Shown here: piece by piece, positions 14,115 through 27,876 of the stretch | Position numbering within the stretch: position 1 is the first letter of the stretch | Layout: every line of letters starts with the position of its first letter | Source of the DNA: Eledone cirrhosa | Lineage: Eukaryota | Assembly: GCA_964016885.1 (NCBI GenBank) | Contig: OZ024741.1 | Coordinates: 52,266,001-52,330,000, forward strand | Length of the DNA stretch: 64,000 nt | Direction of reading: 5' to 3' | Notes under the pieces: model-generated | The model's database searches: none | Told to the model about the DNA's origin: nothing | The model's input: only the letters and a program-made list of their open reading frames with translations | Made by a program: the position numbers and the translations under genes

Positions 14115-14522
14115 TGGCACTTTATTGTATCCACCATCCACCAAATTAAAGGCAAAGTTAACATCGGCGGGGTTTTAACTCTGAGTGTAAAGATGCAGAA
14201 CACATTTCATAAAGCATTTATCCAACGCTCTGACAATTTTACCAACCCCCGCCTCACTATCTTAACAATGGTTTCTGATTTAGGCATACAACAACAACAA
14301 TAATATTTGTTTCTACTTTAGGCACAAGGCCAGCAATTTTTGGGTTGGGGAAAGTCGACCAAATCGACCCCAGTGCATTACTGGTACTTTTTTTATCGAC
14401 CCTCGAAAAGATGAAAGGCAAATTTTAACTCAGCGGGATTAGAACCTTAAATAGAAAGAACTGGAATAAATACCACAGACATTTTTACCTGATTCTCTAA
14501 CAATTCTGCCTCAGTCTACCAA
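14115..14522 (-). mobile_element. Two tandem SINE family 1 copies (14115-14290 diverged; 14307-14522)
   Basis: Reverse complement of SINE core and tail. Confidence 0.75.
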
Positions 14523-15401
14523 TAACAAATGTTACCGACTCACACACACATAAAAATAAAAATAAGAAAAGAAAAGAAAACACAAAAAAATCACGAGCAC
14601 ACGAAAACAATAAAATAAACACACAAAGAAAACAAAAAACAATAATGTCCCGCACTTCCTTCCAAAGAACAATATACTTTTCCTTTAAAACCAATAAAAA
14701 TAATCATCATCTCCCCATCTTAAAAACCAAGCAGACGCACACAAACAAACACACAAACACACACGCGCACAAACAAATACACACACAAATACACACAGAG
14801 AAAGAAACAAACAAAGGCACACACAGACACACACGCAGAGACACACACAGAGATACACACAGAGACACACACACGCAAACGCACACACACATAAACTCAC
14901 ACACAGACACACAGAGACACATACATACACACACAACGCGCACACACACGCACACACATACATACATACATACACGCACATTACAACAACAACAACAACA
15001 ACCGGAAACAATATTGTCACATGATTATACATCCAGCTGTCTAGAAAAATAAGAATAAAACAATATATGTCCACTAAAAGGAATGTTTTCCGCCATTTTG
15101 TATATGTGTGTAACAATAGGCGAAATAATGGACGCTCGTCAATGCTATACGAGACTGTTGAATATTAACACAGCCTAATAAATAAATCTATGACTAAATT
15201 AGGAAGAGAAAAATCTCATGGGAAGCCTATGCCAGCCATTTTTTTGTTTTGTTTTTGGGTGGAGGGATATCGGTGTCGTTTTTGGTGGTCTTAGTACTGG
15301 TGGTGCTAGAGGTGTTGGTGGTGCTAGAGGTGTTGGTGGTGCTAGTGGTGTTGGTGGCGCTAGTGGTGTTGGTGGCGCTTGTGGTGGATTATCATTGAGA
15401 A

Positions 15402-15495
<94 letters not shown>

Positions 15496-15667
15496 ACAGA
15501 CGTACAGTAGTATGTATATATATACATACATGCACACATATATATATGTACGTATGGATTCACCGAACATTTATTATAATGCTCGGTGTGTTTGTAAACA
15601 AACATCCCGTATTAAGCCGTAGTGTCTAGCAACCATCGTTGCTCATTTGTTCAACACTGACAAAGGA

Positions 15668-15710
15668 ACGCTGTACTAGTTTCAAGCTTATTAGCTATCG
15701 TCAGCAACGT
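15668..15710 (-). ncRNA. Minimal type I hammerhead ribozyme, intact core
   Basis: acgttg-CTGACGA-t agct aata agct t-GAAA-ctag-TA-cagcgt. Confidence 0.85.
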
Positions 15711-15989
15711 ATACCTTCCTGCCAGATGATTGAACGTGTCAAAGTATATACTTTCCTTATGAATATTAACGGCTGAGCAGCCCAATTTGCATATCGAGTG
15801 GGTTAATCAGCCGGGTGCACCGAAAACGATAAACGGAAAAAATGAAATTTCGTTTCATTTTTTCCGTTTATCGTTTTCGGTGCACCCGGCCGATTAACCC
15901 ACTCGATATGCAAATTAGGCTGCTCAGCCGTTAATATTCATAAGGAAAGTATATACTTTCACACGTTCAATCATCTGGGAGGAAGGTAT

Positions 15990-16032
15990 ACGTTGCTGAC
16001 GATAGCTAATAAGCTTGAAACTAGTACAGCGT
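15990..16032 (+). ncRNA. Minimal type I hammerhead ribozyme, intact core
   Basis: acgttg-CTGACGA-tagctaataagctt-GAAA-ctag-TA-cagcgt; palindromic loop III. Confidence 0.85.
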
Positions 16033-16296
16033 TCCTTTGTCAGTGTTGAACAAATGAGCAACGATGGTTGCTAGACACTGTACGGCTTAATACGGGATGT
16101 TTGTTTACAAACACACCGAGCATTATAATAAATGTTCGGTGAATCCATACGTACATATATATATGTGTGCATGTATGTATATATATATACATACTACTGT
16201 ACGTCTGTATAGATATATGTATGTACGTATACATACTTATATTTAAGTAACAGCCGTACTAAGAGTGGGAAATGAAATTTCGTTTCAATTTTTCCG

Positions 16297-16363
<67 letters not shown>

Positions 16364-16981
16364 TACCGAGAATCGTATTTCGGCTATTGGAAATTAGCGA
16401 AAAACAACTCCGAGATGTGTGGCAAGCGCTCCATAGAAGCTAGTGAACTAGAGCAACAACATAAGTTAAAAGGCCAAACACACTGAGACGATGGTTAAAC
16501 CATTATCCGCACAGCCATAGAAACGACCAAGTAATTCGGGTCAAACAAATAAAATATGATTGAAAATTATACCCGGACCCTGGAAGGTTGGTAATATCCA
16601 GCATTGGGTTTCTGCAACTCCTAAATCAAGTACTGTTTGCTTAGACAAATAATGTTAAGCTTTTGGTATGATGATCGAACAAGGAAGTCACTTTCTCAAC
16701 AGGCTTTTAGTTCAATATATATATATGCATGCATATATATATATATGTATATGCATATATATATATGTATATATAATATTTCGTTTCTGAATTTGTTTAG
16801 CAAGATTCTTTATCTGAAAACGTGTGTTGAAACCGATATTGTTATACTTTGGGAGGGTCATGTTGCCAATAAGAAACACACGCACCAGTTGCTTTCACTT
16901 CAATTTATTATAATAAATTTAGGAATTTATAAATTTCCGGTTGGTTGGTTGGTTCCACAACCAGATGGTTGTTTATATATT

Positions 16982-17024
16982 GTCAAAGTTCTTTCGTCAC
17001 ATATTCTGTGACCTCTTCAGTGAC
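16982..17024 (-). ncRNA. Type I hammerhead ribozyme downstream of a PLE GIY-YIG fragment
   Basis: gtca-CTGAAGA-g gtcaca gaata tgtgac-GAAA-gaac-TT-tgac. Confidence 0.75.
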
Positions 17025-17299
17025 TGGGGATTCTTTTCTTTGTTTTTGTGCTTCTCCTTTGTTCTGTCCTACGCCATTTTGTTTCTGTGTGTGTGTTGTG
17101 TGCTCAGTCTGCGCATGCGCTACATCCGGGTGTCTGTGTGTGTTTATATTCGTTTATTTATTTGTTTATTTACATGTTACAGGTTGGTTGTTTGTTCTAT
17201 GTGCGTGTGTGTTTTCATTTTGTCCTTAATTGTAAGTTGTGATATTGCTGTTCCACTCATATTTTCTATTTAATTTTGGTTGTAATTCTTTTATGTTTA

Positions 17300-17620
17300 T
17301 TGCCTCTGTGATTTGTCTAAACATGGCGTCTTTTCTGTGTGTAGATTCTATTTTTATTTCTATGTTCTCTAATTTACCCTTATGTTCTATTTTAGCATGT
17401 TAGTAGAGTACAGATGATTCTTTACTATCATGAAGGTCTCGCCAGTGTCATTTATCCGTTCCCCTACACTACGAGCTGTCTCACCTATATACACTATATT
17501 TTTGTCTCTACATTGTTCTTCAGTACATCTTATGCTATATACTACATTTCTAGTTTTACAGTTATTATGGGTGCTTAATTTACAGGTTATACATTTCTTA
17601 TCTATACAGGGGGGTCTATA
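17300..17620 (-). pseudogene. PLE GIY-YIG endonuclease fragment
   Basis: [55 protein letters not shown]. Confidence 0.8.
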
Positions 17621-17653
17621 CATATATATAACTAGAACCGAATATATATTGTT

Positions 17654-17712
<59 letters not shown>

Positions 17713-17720
17713 GTATGTAC

Positions 17721-17754
<34 letters not shown>

Positions 17755-17756
17755 TA

Positions 17757-17821
<65 letters not shown>

Positions 17822-17911
17822 ATGTATGTATGTACATATATATATATATATATGTGTGTGTGTATCTATGTACATATATGTATGTATTATGTACATATAT
17901 ATACATATATA

Positions 17912-17945
<34 letters not shown>

Positions 17946-17946
17946 C

Positions 17947-18024
<78 letters not shown>

Positions 18025-18099
18025 ATATATATATATACATATATATAATTAGAACCGATTATATATATTATTATGGGTCCCCCTTTCAACTCGACTTTA

Positions 18100-18830
18100 T
18101 ACTAAGAGTCACAGTGGCTGAATCCATATATGCACCAAATTTTCCAAGAAGGATGCCTGCAGATACATTTTTGTGCACCTTGATTCTTCCCTATAGAGCC
18201 CAAATAACCTATATACAGAATGAGATCTCCCGGTTGCGCAACAGATGCAGCAAGGGTAGCGACAAACATGCCAGCTAGGTGGGATTCCAGAGAGTTCTCA
18301 CCGAGAACTGCTACCCCACTTCTCTCATCAAGCACTAAAATGCCAAGGTAGCAACACTTAAAAGAACAAGGAGGACACGCACGCCTAGAGATGACATGTG
18401 CTACCTTAAGCTGCCGCATTTCTATGAGACGATGGCCGCTGCCATCTGACAAGCCATCCGTAGGGAGAGTCTGAATATACAGCCGGCGCTCTCGGGACCT
18501 TCACGGAGGAGAACACTCTACAGACACCGACCCTCATACAACAATATGTGCTCACTTCCTAATTGGGCCATGAACAACGCAAAAGTGCGCATGTGAGTGT
18601 ATGTGGTTTACAATGACGCATGTAAAAGATGTAGTTCCTCGTACATCGGAAATGTTGTCCGGATGCTGCACATACGAATCAAGGAGCACATGATAACGAA
18701 AGCTTCTTCTGCCAAAAACCATCTTGATAGGTGCCGTTGCCGGGTTATCGAGGCCACCATAGAGATGACGGAAAAGAATGTGTAAATGTACGAATCAAAG
18801 AGACACTAGATTGGAAATGTACGAAGTGGA
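18100..18830 (+). pseudogene. Decayed PLE RT-thumb/GIY-YIG, related to 5117-6746
   Basis: [14 protein letters not shown] (cf. YITNEIMRIKNRCS); YVVYNDACKRCSSSYIG..RMLHIRIKEH; RIKETL. Confidence 0.8.
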
Positions 18831-19142
18831 TTGGCTACTATAACGGCTCCACGCGTGCGTATTTTAGATACTGTGAGGGATGTACACACCGATCGTTCGT
18901 TTTTGTTTTGAACCGTTTCCTTTTACATTTGAAAAGAGGATATTACCCTGAAATATCATGTTGAAATATACTGGGTAAAACATTAGATTGTTTTGTTTTA
19001 TTTGACATCCTTTACCCTTTATATGTTGCTACTGCGTTGTACTGGCTTTCTGAAATTTATTTGTTATTTATTGCATATCGCACAATGATTCGTATTAACT
19101 ATATATATGTAGTTGTATGTACGCATGTATATATGTATATAC

Positions 19143-19440
19143 TTAGTTAAAACAGTAACATATACAGGTACTTAGGTTTCGTTGGGTTATACACCCCAAC
19201 TCATTTAGCCTGAGGCAAGTGTCCTTATAAATGTACCTAGTTTCTCACTGGGTTGTGGAATGGTCTGTATGTGCATATACGTATGTCTAAATTGACGCCT
19301 ATTGTTTTAAAAAGGTTGAATTAGGTGGAGTGTATAACCAAACTCAACTACCTGTATATGTAACTGTTGTAACTAATTATACTTATTTCGTCCTATGGAC
19401 TAAGTGCTCTTACCCTTGGATATTTCTACCAAACTCTACA
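19143..19440. mobile_element. Old PLE-type terminus with diverged inverted arms (19143-19211 / 19312-19375) and a decayed hammerhead at 19165-19212 (-)
   Basis: Minus strand cagg-CTAAATGA-gttggg..cccaac-GAAA-cctaag-TA-cctg. Confidence 0.55.
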
Positions 19441-19564
<124 letters not shown>

Positions 19565-19696
19565 GGTTATAACAAAGTATTGGTGATCGATTGACGCAAA
19601 AACAGGCGGGTAGCGATCTCTAGACCTACCAGTTCAGAGAAACAATTGTGAATAAAGCCCTTATTGTATAGTAAACCATGTCACTCTTCTTTCTTG

Positions 19697-19733
<37 letters not shown>

Positions 19734-20134
19734 CACATATATATATGTATATACACACAAATATGTTACTAACGGTTTCAATCAAGGACTCATTAATAAC
19801 ATGACGTCATTGGTTTATTCCACCATCAACTGTTCATTGGATCAACTTGTCTTGATATACAACATACACATGACGTCATTGTCATGCTGTATTCTGATTG
19901 CTTAATTCCACCATCAACTATTCATCGGATCAACGCGTCTAACGCGTCTTTCTATAACATTAAGAGGTGACGTCATTGCGATGGTGTATTCCGATTGGTT
20001 CATTCCGCTAGCAATCCCTCTTGTAACATAGCTATATGTATCTACTTTGTCCTTTGAATGTCTTACTCGTAAAATTTCGTATCAACTTTTTATTTCTTAT
20101 TAGACATGTCATCAACATCATCCTTACCACAATA

Positions 20135-20166
<32 letters not shown>

Positions 20167-21236
20167 TACCACCACCAACATCACCACCACCACCAAATTC
20201 ATCACGCAATGACTACCATCACCAACGCTACCCCCAAAATCATTATGATGACCACAAACACCATCACCACCACCACCACCACCACCACCAATAACAACAA
20301 CACGACCCCATCATCTAACCTTCGCTTCCATATCCACCATCTTCATGATCTCTAGTAACAGCAGCCCGAGCAACAGAAGCAGCACCACCACCCTCATGAT
20401 CCCCAGCAGCAGCACCCCACCACCACGGTCAGCAATAACAACAGCGGCAACAGCAGCAACATCAACAACAGCAGCAACAGCAACAACAGCAACAACAGCA
20501 ACAACAGCAACAAAAACAGCAGCAACAGCAGCAACATCAACAACAGCAGCAACAGCAACAACAGCAGCAACAGCAACAACAGCAGCAACAGCAACAACAG
20601 CAACAACAGCAACAACAGCAACAGCAACAGCAACAGCAACAACAACAGCAACAGCAGCAACATCAACAACAGCAGCAACAGCAGCAACAACAAGAACAAC
20701 AGCAACAGCAACAGCAGCAGCAGTAACAGACGACGATGTTCACCACCACCACCACCACAAAAAAACAAACAACAAATGTTACCAACACAATAACAAAAAC
20801 AACAACAGATCATGCAACAACAACAACAACAGCAACAACATCGTCAAACAACAGATCATACAACAACAAACAACAAAAAACAAACAAAAACAAACAAACA
20901 AACAAACAGAGCAAACAATGACAGCAACGAGAAACAACAGATCATATAAAAACAACAACAACGCCATAAAACAACAAGCAGATAATGTAATAACAACGAC
21001 AAAAACCACAACCACAACGAACATTACACTTGAATTAAATGTCATATTGAAATACGGTTCCGACATTTTCTCATAAATAGCTTTATCATAGACATAGAGA
21101 AATGTAAAACATGCAGCCGGTATTCAAAAACGTATGAATAAAGTTAAGTTGTGTTGGTGTGGGTTTATAGATGAATTGTGAATCTGTGCACGTAGACACG
21201 TAGATTTCAACATGTATACGAGAAGTTATATATAAT

Positions 21237-21273
<37 letters not shown>

Positions 21274-21284
21274 GTATGTATATG

Positions 21285-21350
<66 letters not shown>

Positions 21351-21405
21351 TATATATGTATGTATATACATGTATATATATATGATGTATGTATATATAT
21401 ATATG

Positions 21406-21453
<48 letters not shown>

Positions 21454-21471
21454 CATATATGTATATTTATA

Positions 21472-21524
<53 letters not shown>

Positions 21525-21525
21525 T

Positions 21526-21940
21526 ATACAATAAGGTATGTCCAAATCTTCGTCCAAGTGAGTTTGTTTCCTGGTGATTTCGAAGCTCGTGAATTTATCC
21601 TTGATCCGATATTTCCAATAGCGAATGAAACCCAATGGGGTAGAATCGTAACTTTGGGATGTTTATATACATTTTTTCTTCTAACTTTGATTTTATACCT
21701 AATTGTGTAATGCTGACGATATATTTAATTGATTTCCACGTGCTATAAGAAATACTGGATAAATATTCTATAGTTGTTGATCGCGAATAGATGGCTGTCG
21801 TTTATTTATCTATTATTTCTTCATAGGTGTCTTTTAATCTTATAGCCCGGTTTAATTGTTTTTTTTTGTGTGGTTGATTATGCTGATTGGGAGAGGAAAT
21901 GGTGTATATATTTTATCAAATGATTCTATGGACATACCTT

Positions 21941-21946
<6 letters not shown>
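21526..21946. mobile_element. (TA)n-inserted element with short terminal inverted repeat and a decayed hammerhead at 21566-21647 (+)
   Basis: atacaataaggtatgtcca / tggacataccttattgtat; gtttc-CTGGTGA (A6G)-tttcg..cgaat-GAAA-ccc aatg ggg-TA-gaatc. Confidence 0.6.
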
Positions 21947-22000
<54 letters not shown>

Positions 22001-22181
22001 AGCATATACATATTCTTCTAGACACAGAGTTCATTTTTAAGTATACATACTACTGTGGATGTATCTTATTTTTTCTCTTGCATATACACATGCACACGTA
22101 TATATACATATATATATATATGTATATATATATGTATACAAACATACACCCCCCCTCACACACACATATATATATATATAT

Positions 22182-22418
22182 ATAAGTATAAAGAATGTGC
22201 TCAAACGCAAAATAGGGTGAAAACCTTTAAAAGACGGAAAAAGAAGTTGCCTACGACCGCTATTAGGAATTGAACCTACTATCTTCCAGATACCGGCTAG
22301 ACGCTTTAGCAAGTAAGCTAACGAGCATTAGCTGCTTTCTGGAAGATGTGGGGCTCAATTCCTCATAGCGGCTGTTTTTTTAGCATTCCTGTGTGTGAGC
22401 ACTTTCTTTATACTTATA
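22182..22418 (-). mobile_element. tRNA-derived element with inverted partial duplicate, inserted in (TA)n
   Basis: 22256-22326 (-) folds into D arm gctt/aagc, anticodon arm tctag/ctgga, T arm gtagg-ttcaatt-ccta; acceptor stem does not pair; 22338-22418 mirrors the 3' part. Confidence 0.6.
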
Positions 22419-22454
22419 TATATATATAAGTAACTCCACGTTACACCCCCTATA

Positions 22455-23312
<858 letters not shown>

Positions 23313-23435
23313 ATATATATATATGCATATAAACGCACATAAATTGAATATACGTAAATGCATTTATATGTATATTGTTGAATATGAAATATGAAACTCA
23401 ACTGTCTAAATTAATGGAAAATAGAAAGAATGATG

Positions 23436-23508
<73 letters not shown>

Positions 23509-23623
23509 GACGCGTGTGTGTGCGTGCGTGAGTGCGTAAGTGTATGGATACCTATATATTTCTATTTATTTCTATCCTCCTCTATATATAATAAATAATA
23601 TAATATAATATAATATAATATAA

Positions 23624-23667
<44 letters not shown>

Positions 23668-23754
23668 TGCACACATAAATGCATAAATATACATCTATAA
23701 ACCGTTTATTGTAATGCACTTACCCGACATAAACGCGTAAATCTGAAGCATATA

Positions 23755-23827
<73 letters not shown>

Positions 23828-24029
23828 GCATACGTACATGCTGCATATCATTGTTTGTATTTCGCAGTATCTATTGAAATGTAGACATTTTAATGTATTT
23901 TGTGTAAGAGCAAAAATAAAACCATGTTATATATTTATCATTTAAAACTGTTTTCTACAGATTACTTCCTTCTACGTGAATCAGTTTTTTCTGGGACACG
24001 TGACGTATAATTGTTGCTACTGCTCTATA

Positions 24030-24360
24030 ACCCCCTCCTCCTCTTCCTCCTTCTTCTTCTTCTTCTTCTTCTTCTTCTTCTTCTTCTTCTTCTTCTTCTT
24101 CTTCTTCTTCTTCTTCTTCTCCTCCTCCTTCTTCTTCTTCTTCTTCTTCTTCTCCCCTCCTCCTTCTCCCACCCTCTTCCTCCTCCTCCTTCTTCTCCTC
24201 TTCCTCCTCCCACCCCTCCTCCTCCATACTTCTTCTCCTCTTCCTCCTCCTTCTCCAACCCCTCCTCCTCCTCCTCCTCCTCCTCCTCTTCCTCCTCCTC
24301 CTCCTCCTTCTTCTTCTTCTTCTCCCCCCCCCCCCCCTCCTCCTCCTCCTCCTCCTCTGT
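24030..24360. repeat. (TTC)n/(TCC)n polypyrimidine tract
   Basis: Direct reading. Confidence 0.95.
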
Positions 24361-25032
24361 CCCTTCCTCTCTACCTCATCTCTCCCAATAGCTGTTGCTG
24401 TACCTATTTTATTTTTATCCTGAGGTCAATTATGATTGAGCAGGCTGACGTTGAAAAATCTTTCCCGCCATCATCCCGTGTCCTTTCATTTTCCCCACGA
24501 CTCTAACGTATGTACTGAAAAAAAGAAATGGTTGCAATATTTAGCACTTGTATCGACTGCATAGAACTTGTTTGTTGCCTCGATGACATGCGGTCATGGT
24601 TTATCGTACTGTGTGGACACACTGTATTATTCTGGACTTATTGATTTTATCAAATGTCCAGCCAGTTCCTATTATAGCCTGTAATTGTTGTTGTTTAAGC
24701 CAAGATCAACCCTTCATTTGCAAACCTAGAATAAGTAGGTAGTCAATTGTTGGTATTTAATCACAGTGTTGAGTAGAACAATGATCAAAGCATTTCAGCC
24801 ATTTTCCTCTCCGAAGAAGAACACATTTCCTTAACGTCACATTTCCACTTCTCAAAACAAATTAAGTCACAGTAATTTATTATTTTTATCTACAAGCTTT
24901 TATGGGTTAATTTTCACCAACAACAATTTTCTTGAATTGTGGCTCACGCGTGTTCTTGACCTGACTGCTGTTTATTTTATCGATCCCGAAAGATGGAATT
25001 TAAAATTGTTCTCAATGGGATTTGTACTAGAT

Positions 25033-25496
25033 CAGGGGTCTCAAACTCAAGGACTCAAAAGAGTCATTACGTCTTTGGGCAGTGACACAGGGAGCCGAAA
25101 TTGAGAGGGAGGGGATCCTGATTTCCGTCAGTTATAATGCTAATCTGCAGTATAGCTGATACGATATTATTGTTTTTTAGCAGAATGAATACACATATGA
25201 TAGTAAGTGGGATATACGAATTAGTACAAAATGTACGACAGATTTTCCGTTGCATAATTTCCTTAATTCCGTCTTTATTTTTGTAAATTCCGTTTTTATC
25301 CGTCTTCACTTCCGATAAATTCCGTTTTTTCCATTTTACTAATTTTTCATGGGTAAATTACAGTAAATTGTATTATACATTTTATTAAAACGGGATAAAA
25401 TTACCAAGTTTTAGTCACAAAAATTGTTTTGCCGTGGGCTATAGAAAAGTAGTTCGCGGACAATGTGCTTCCCGAACCACGTGTTGGAGAACCCTG
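25033..25496. mobile_element. hAT-type MITE
   Basis: Ends caggggtctcaaac ... gttggagaaccctg; 8 bp TSD tactagat/tacaagat (7/8). Confidence 0.75.
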
Positions 25497-26879
25497 TACA
25501 AGATAATGCTAATCATTTCTACCACAGACACAAGTAACCTTATGTCCTTTTACCCTTCCGTATTTCTGCCATGGTTTTCTGTCTTTCTGTCTTAATTGTT
25601 GGATTGACATAATCGGTAAAATGCCGGACATCATGATTGTTTTACTTACGCTTCCATATTAACTCATGCTGGTGTGGATTTTGCCTATTCTCCACCTTCC
25701 ACGGTTCAACCAACTAGAAACCGTAGCCAAATGATTCTCAAATACCCATCTTAAAAAAACAACCTAAGAGAAATCGTAGCTAAAGACCCTCGAATCCTCA
25801 CTAGAAACCGTAGACAAATGATCCCCAAATGATCCTCAAATGATCGCCAAATTACCGTCTAAAAATAGGAAACCTTGTTAATGGTAGCATAGTATAGTAT
25901 AGTATAGTATAGTATAGTATAGTATAGTATAGTAATAGGGAAAATACTAAATATGATGACTATAAAGATTGTAGTAGTGATGATGTAGTTAATAAATGAA
26001 CAAATAATAAATGAGGAGAAGGCAAGACGATAAATGTAGGAGGTGAGAAGAAGGAAGGAGAAGGAAGAGGAGTAGAAGTAGTAGAATGAGGAGGAGAAGG
26101 AGGTGAAGACGCAGTGGTTTCTAAAAATAGCAGCAGATGCAGCAACAACAAGATTTGCAGCCATCACAACAACAACAGTTGCAGCAGGAACAACAGCAGC
26201 AAAACTAACAGCAATAACAATTTAAACAACAACAATTGCAGTAACAACAACAATAACAACAGCAGCAGTAGCAACAACAACAATAACAGCAACGACAACA
26301 ACAACAAGACCAACAACGACAGCAACAACAACAACAACAGCAATGGTTTGCAGTAACAACAACAACAATAACAAGGGCAGCAGTAGCAACAGTAACAACA
26401 ATAACAGCAACGACAACAACAAAGAAACCAATAACAACAGCAACAACAACAACAGAAAAAGTTTGCAGTGACAACAACAATAACAACAGCAGCAGTAGCA
26501 ACAATAACAACAATAACAGCAACGACAACAACAAAACCAACAACAACAACAACAACAGCAACATCAACAGACATTGCAGCAACAAAAATAAATTAATGAA
26601 CAAAGAATAAAACAAAATAAGATAAAATGGCCGATTGAAAGCAAGAAAGAAGGAAATAAATAAAAAAGAAGGCAATGTAATATTTGCAGACACGGTCCAT
26701 TTTGGTTAGGGAAGAGCGGAGGTGTGTGATATCATCCATTCGAGACGTATATTTCCACGGCCAGAAATATCGTATTTCACAACAGTATTCATATCCTGGA
26801 ATCAATATATCATTGAGTTGTTTGATATTGATATGTTACAATGTGGTATTAACAGATTTACCATCGATTTATGTAGGCA

Positions 26880-26955
<76 letters not shown>

Positions 26956-26995
26956 CATCTATCTATCTATCTATCTATCTATCTATAAAGAAATA

Positions 26996-27074
<79 letters not shown>

Positions 27075-27081
27075 ATATCTA

Positions 27082-27176
<95 letters not shown>

Positions 27177-27247
27177 ATATATATATATGTATATATACTT
27201 ATATAATTGAACATGTACAAACACACACAGACATATATATATACATG

Positions 27248-27303
<56 letters not shown>

Positions 27304-27322
27304 TTATATAATTGAACATGTA

Positions 27323-27376
<54 letters not shown>

Positions 27377-27428
27377 CTTATATAATTGAACATGTACAAA
27401 CACACATACACATATATATACATGTATA

Positions 27429-27475
<47 letters not shown>

Positions 27476-27476
27476 T

Positions 27477-27876
27477 ATGTTTCTTTATTAGCCACAGGGG
27501 CACAAAAGAAGGGGACACATACAAAGGGGGAAGTTTGCATACAATAAAAACGTGTAAAATGTTATCACAAACGCAATTTAAAAAATTAGTCGATTTTCCC
27601 AATAGGGGGAGACAGTTCATATGGGTAACACATACCCCCGAATAAATGTGCAACCCTCATCTCCAGGAGTGCGAAGAGTTTGTACTCCTTTCCTCTCCTC
27701 CTCCTTTTCCTTAACCTACAGGCTGATATAGAGAGAAGGCCCATTCACTCGGGCCATTCTCGCCACTTTCACCCACCTTTCATAAAACTTGCTGGGGTAG
27801 AGCACCTCTCTCTCCATCCTGATTCTTCTTCCAAAGTGGTATTTGAAAAAAAGAATCAGTTGTTGGCCGGAGAGAC
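27477..27876 (-). mobile_element. 3' fragment of the Tx1/L1-type LINE
   Basis: LSGQQLILFFKYHFGRRIRMEREVL..RWVKVARMARVNGPSLY matches ORF2 end at 39930-40085; 3' end aataaagaaacatatcta. Confidence 0.9.

Larger units (their letters stand above)
15491..16300. mobile_element. Fold-back palindromic copy of the hammerhead-bearing ~430 bp repeat, inserted in (TA)n
   Basis: 15491-15847 is the reverse complement of 15853-~16210; centre aaaaaatgaaa-tttcg-tttcatttttt. Confidence 0.92.

Noticed and set aside
22256-22326. Functional tRNA gene
   Set aside because: Acceptor stem unpaired and anticodon loop lacks U33; treated as a tRNA-derived element
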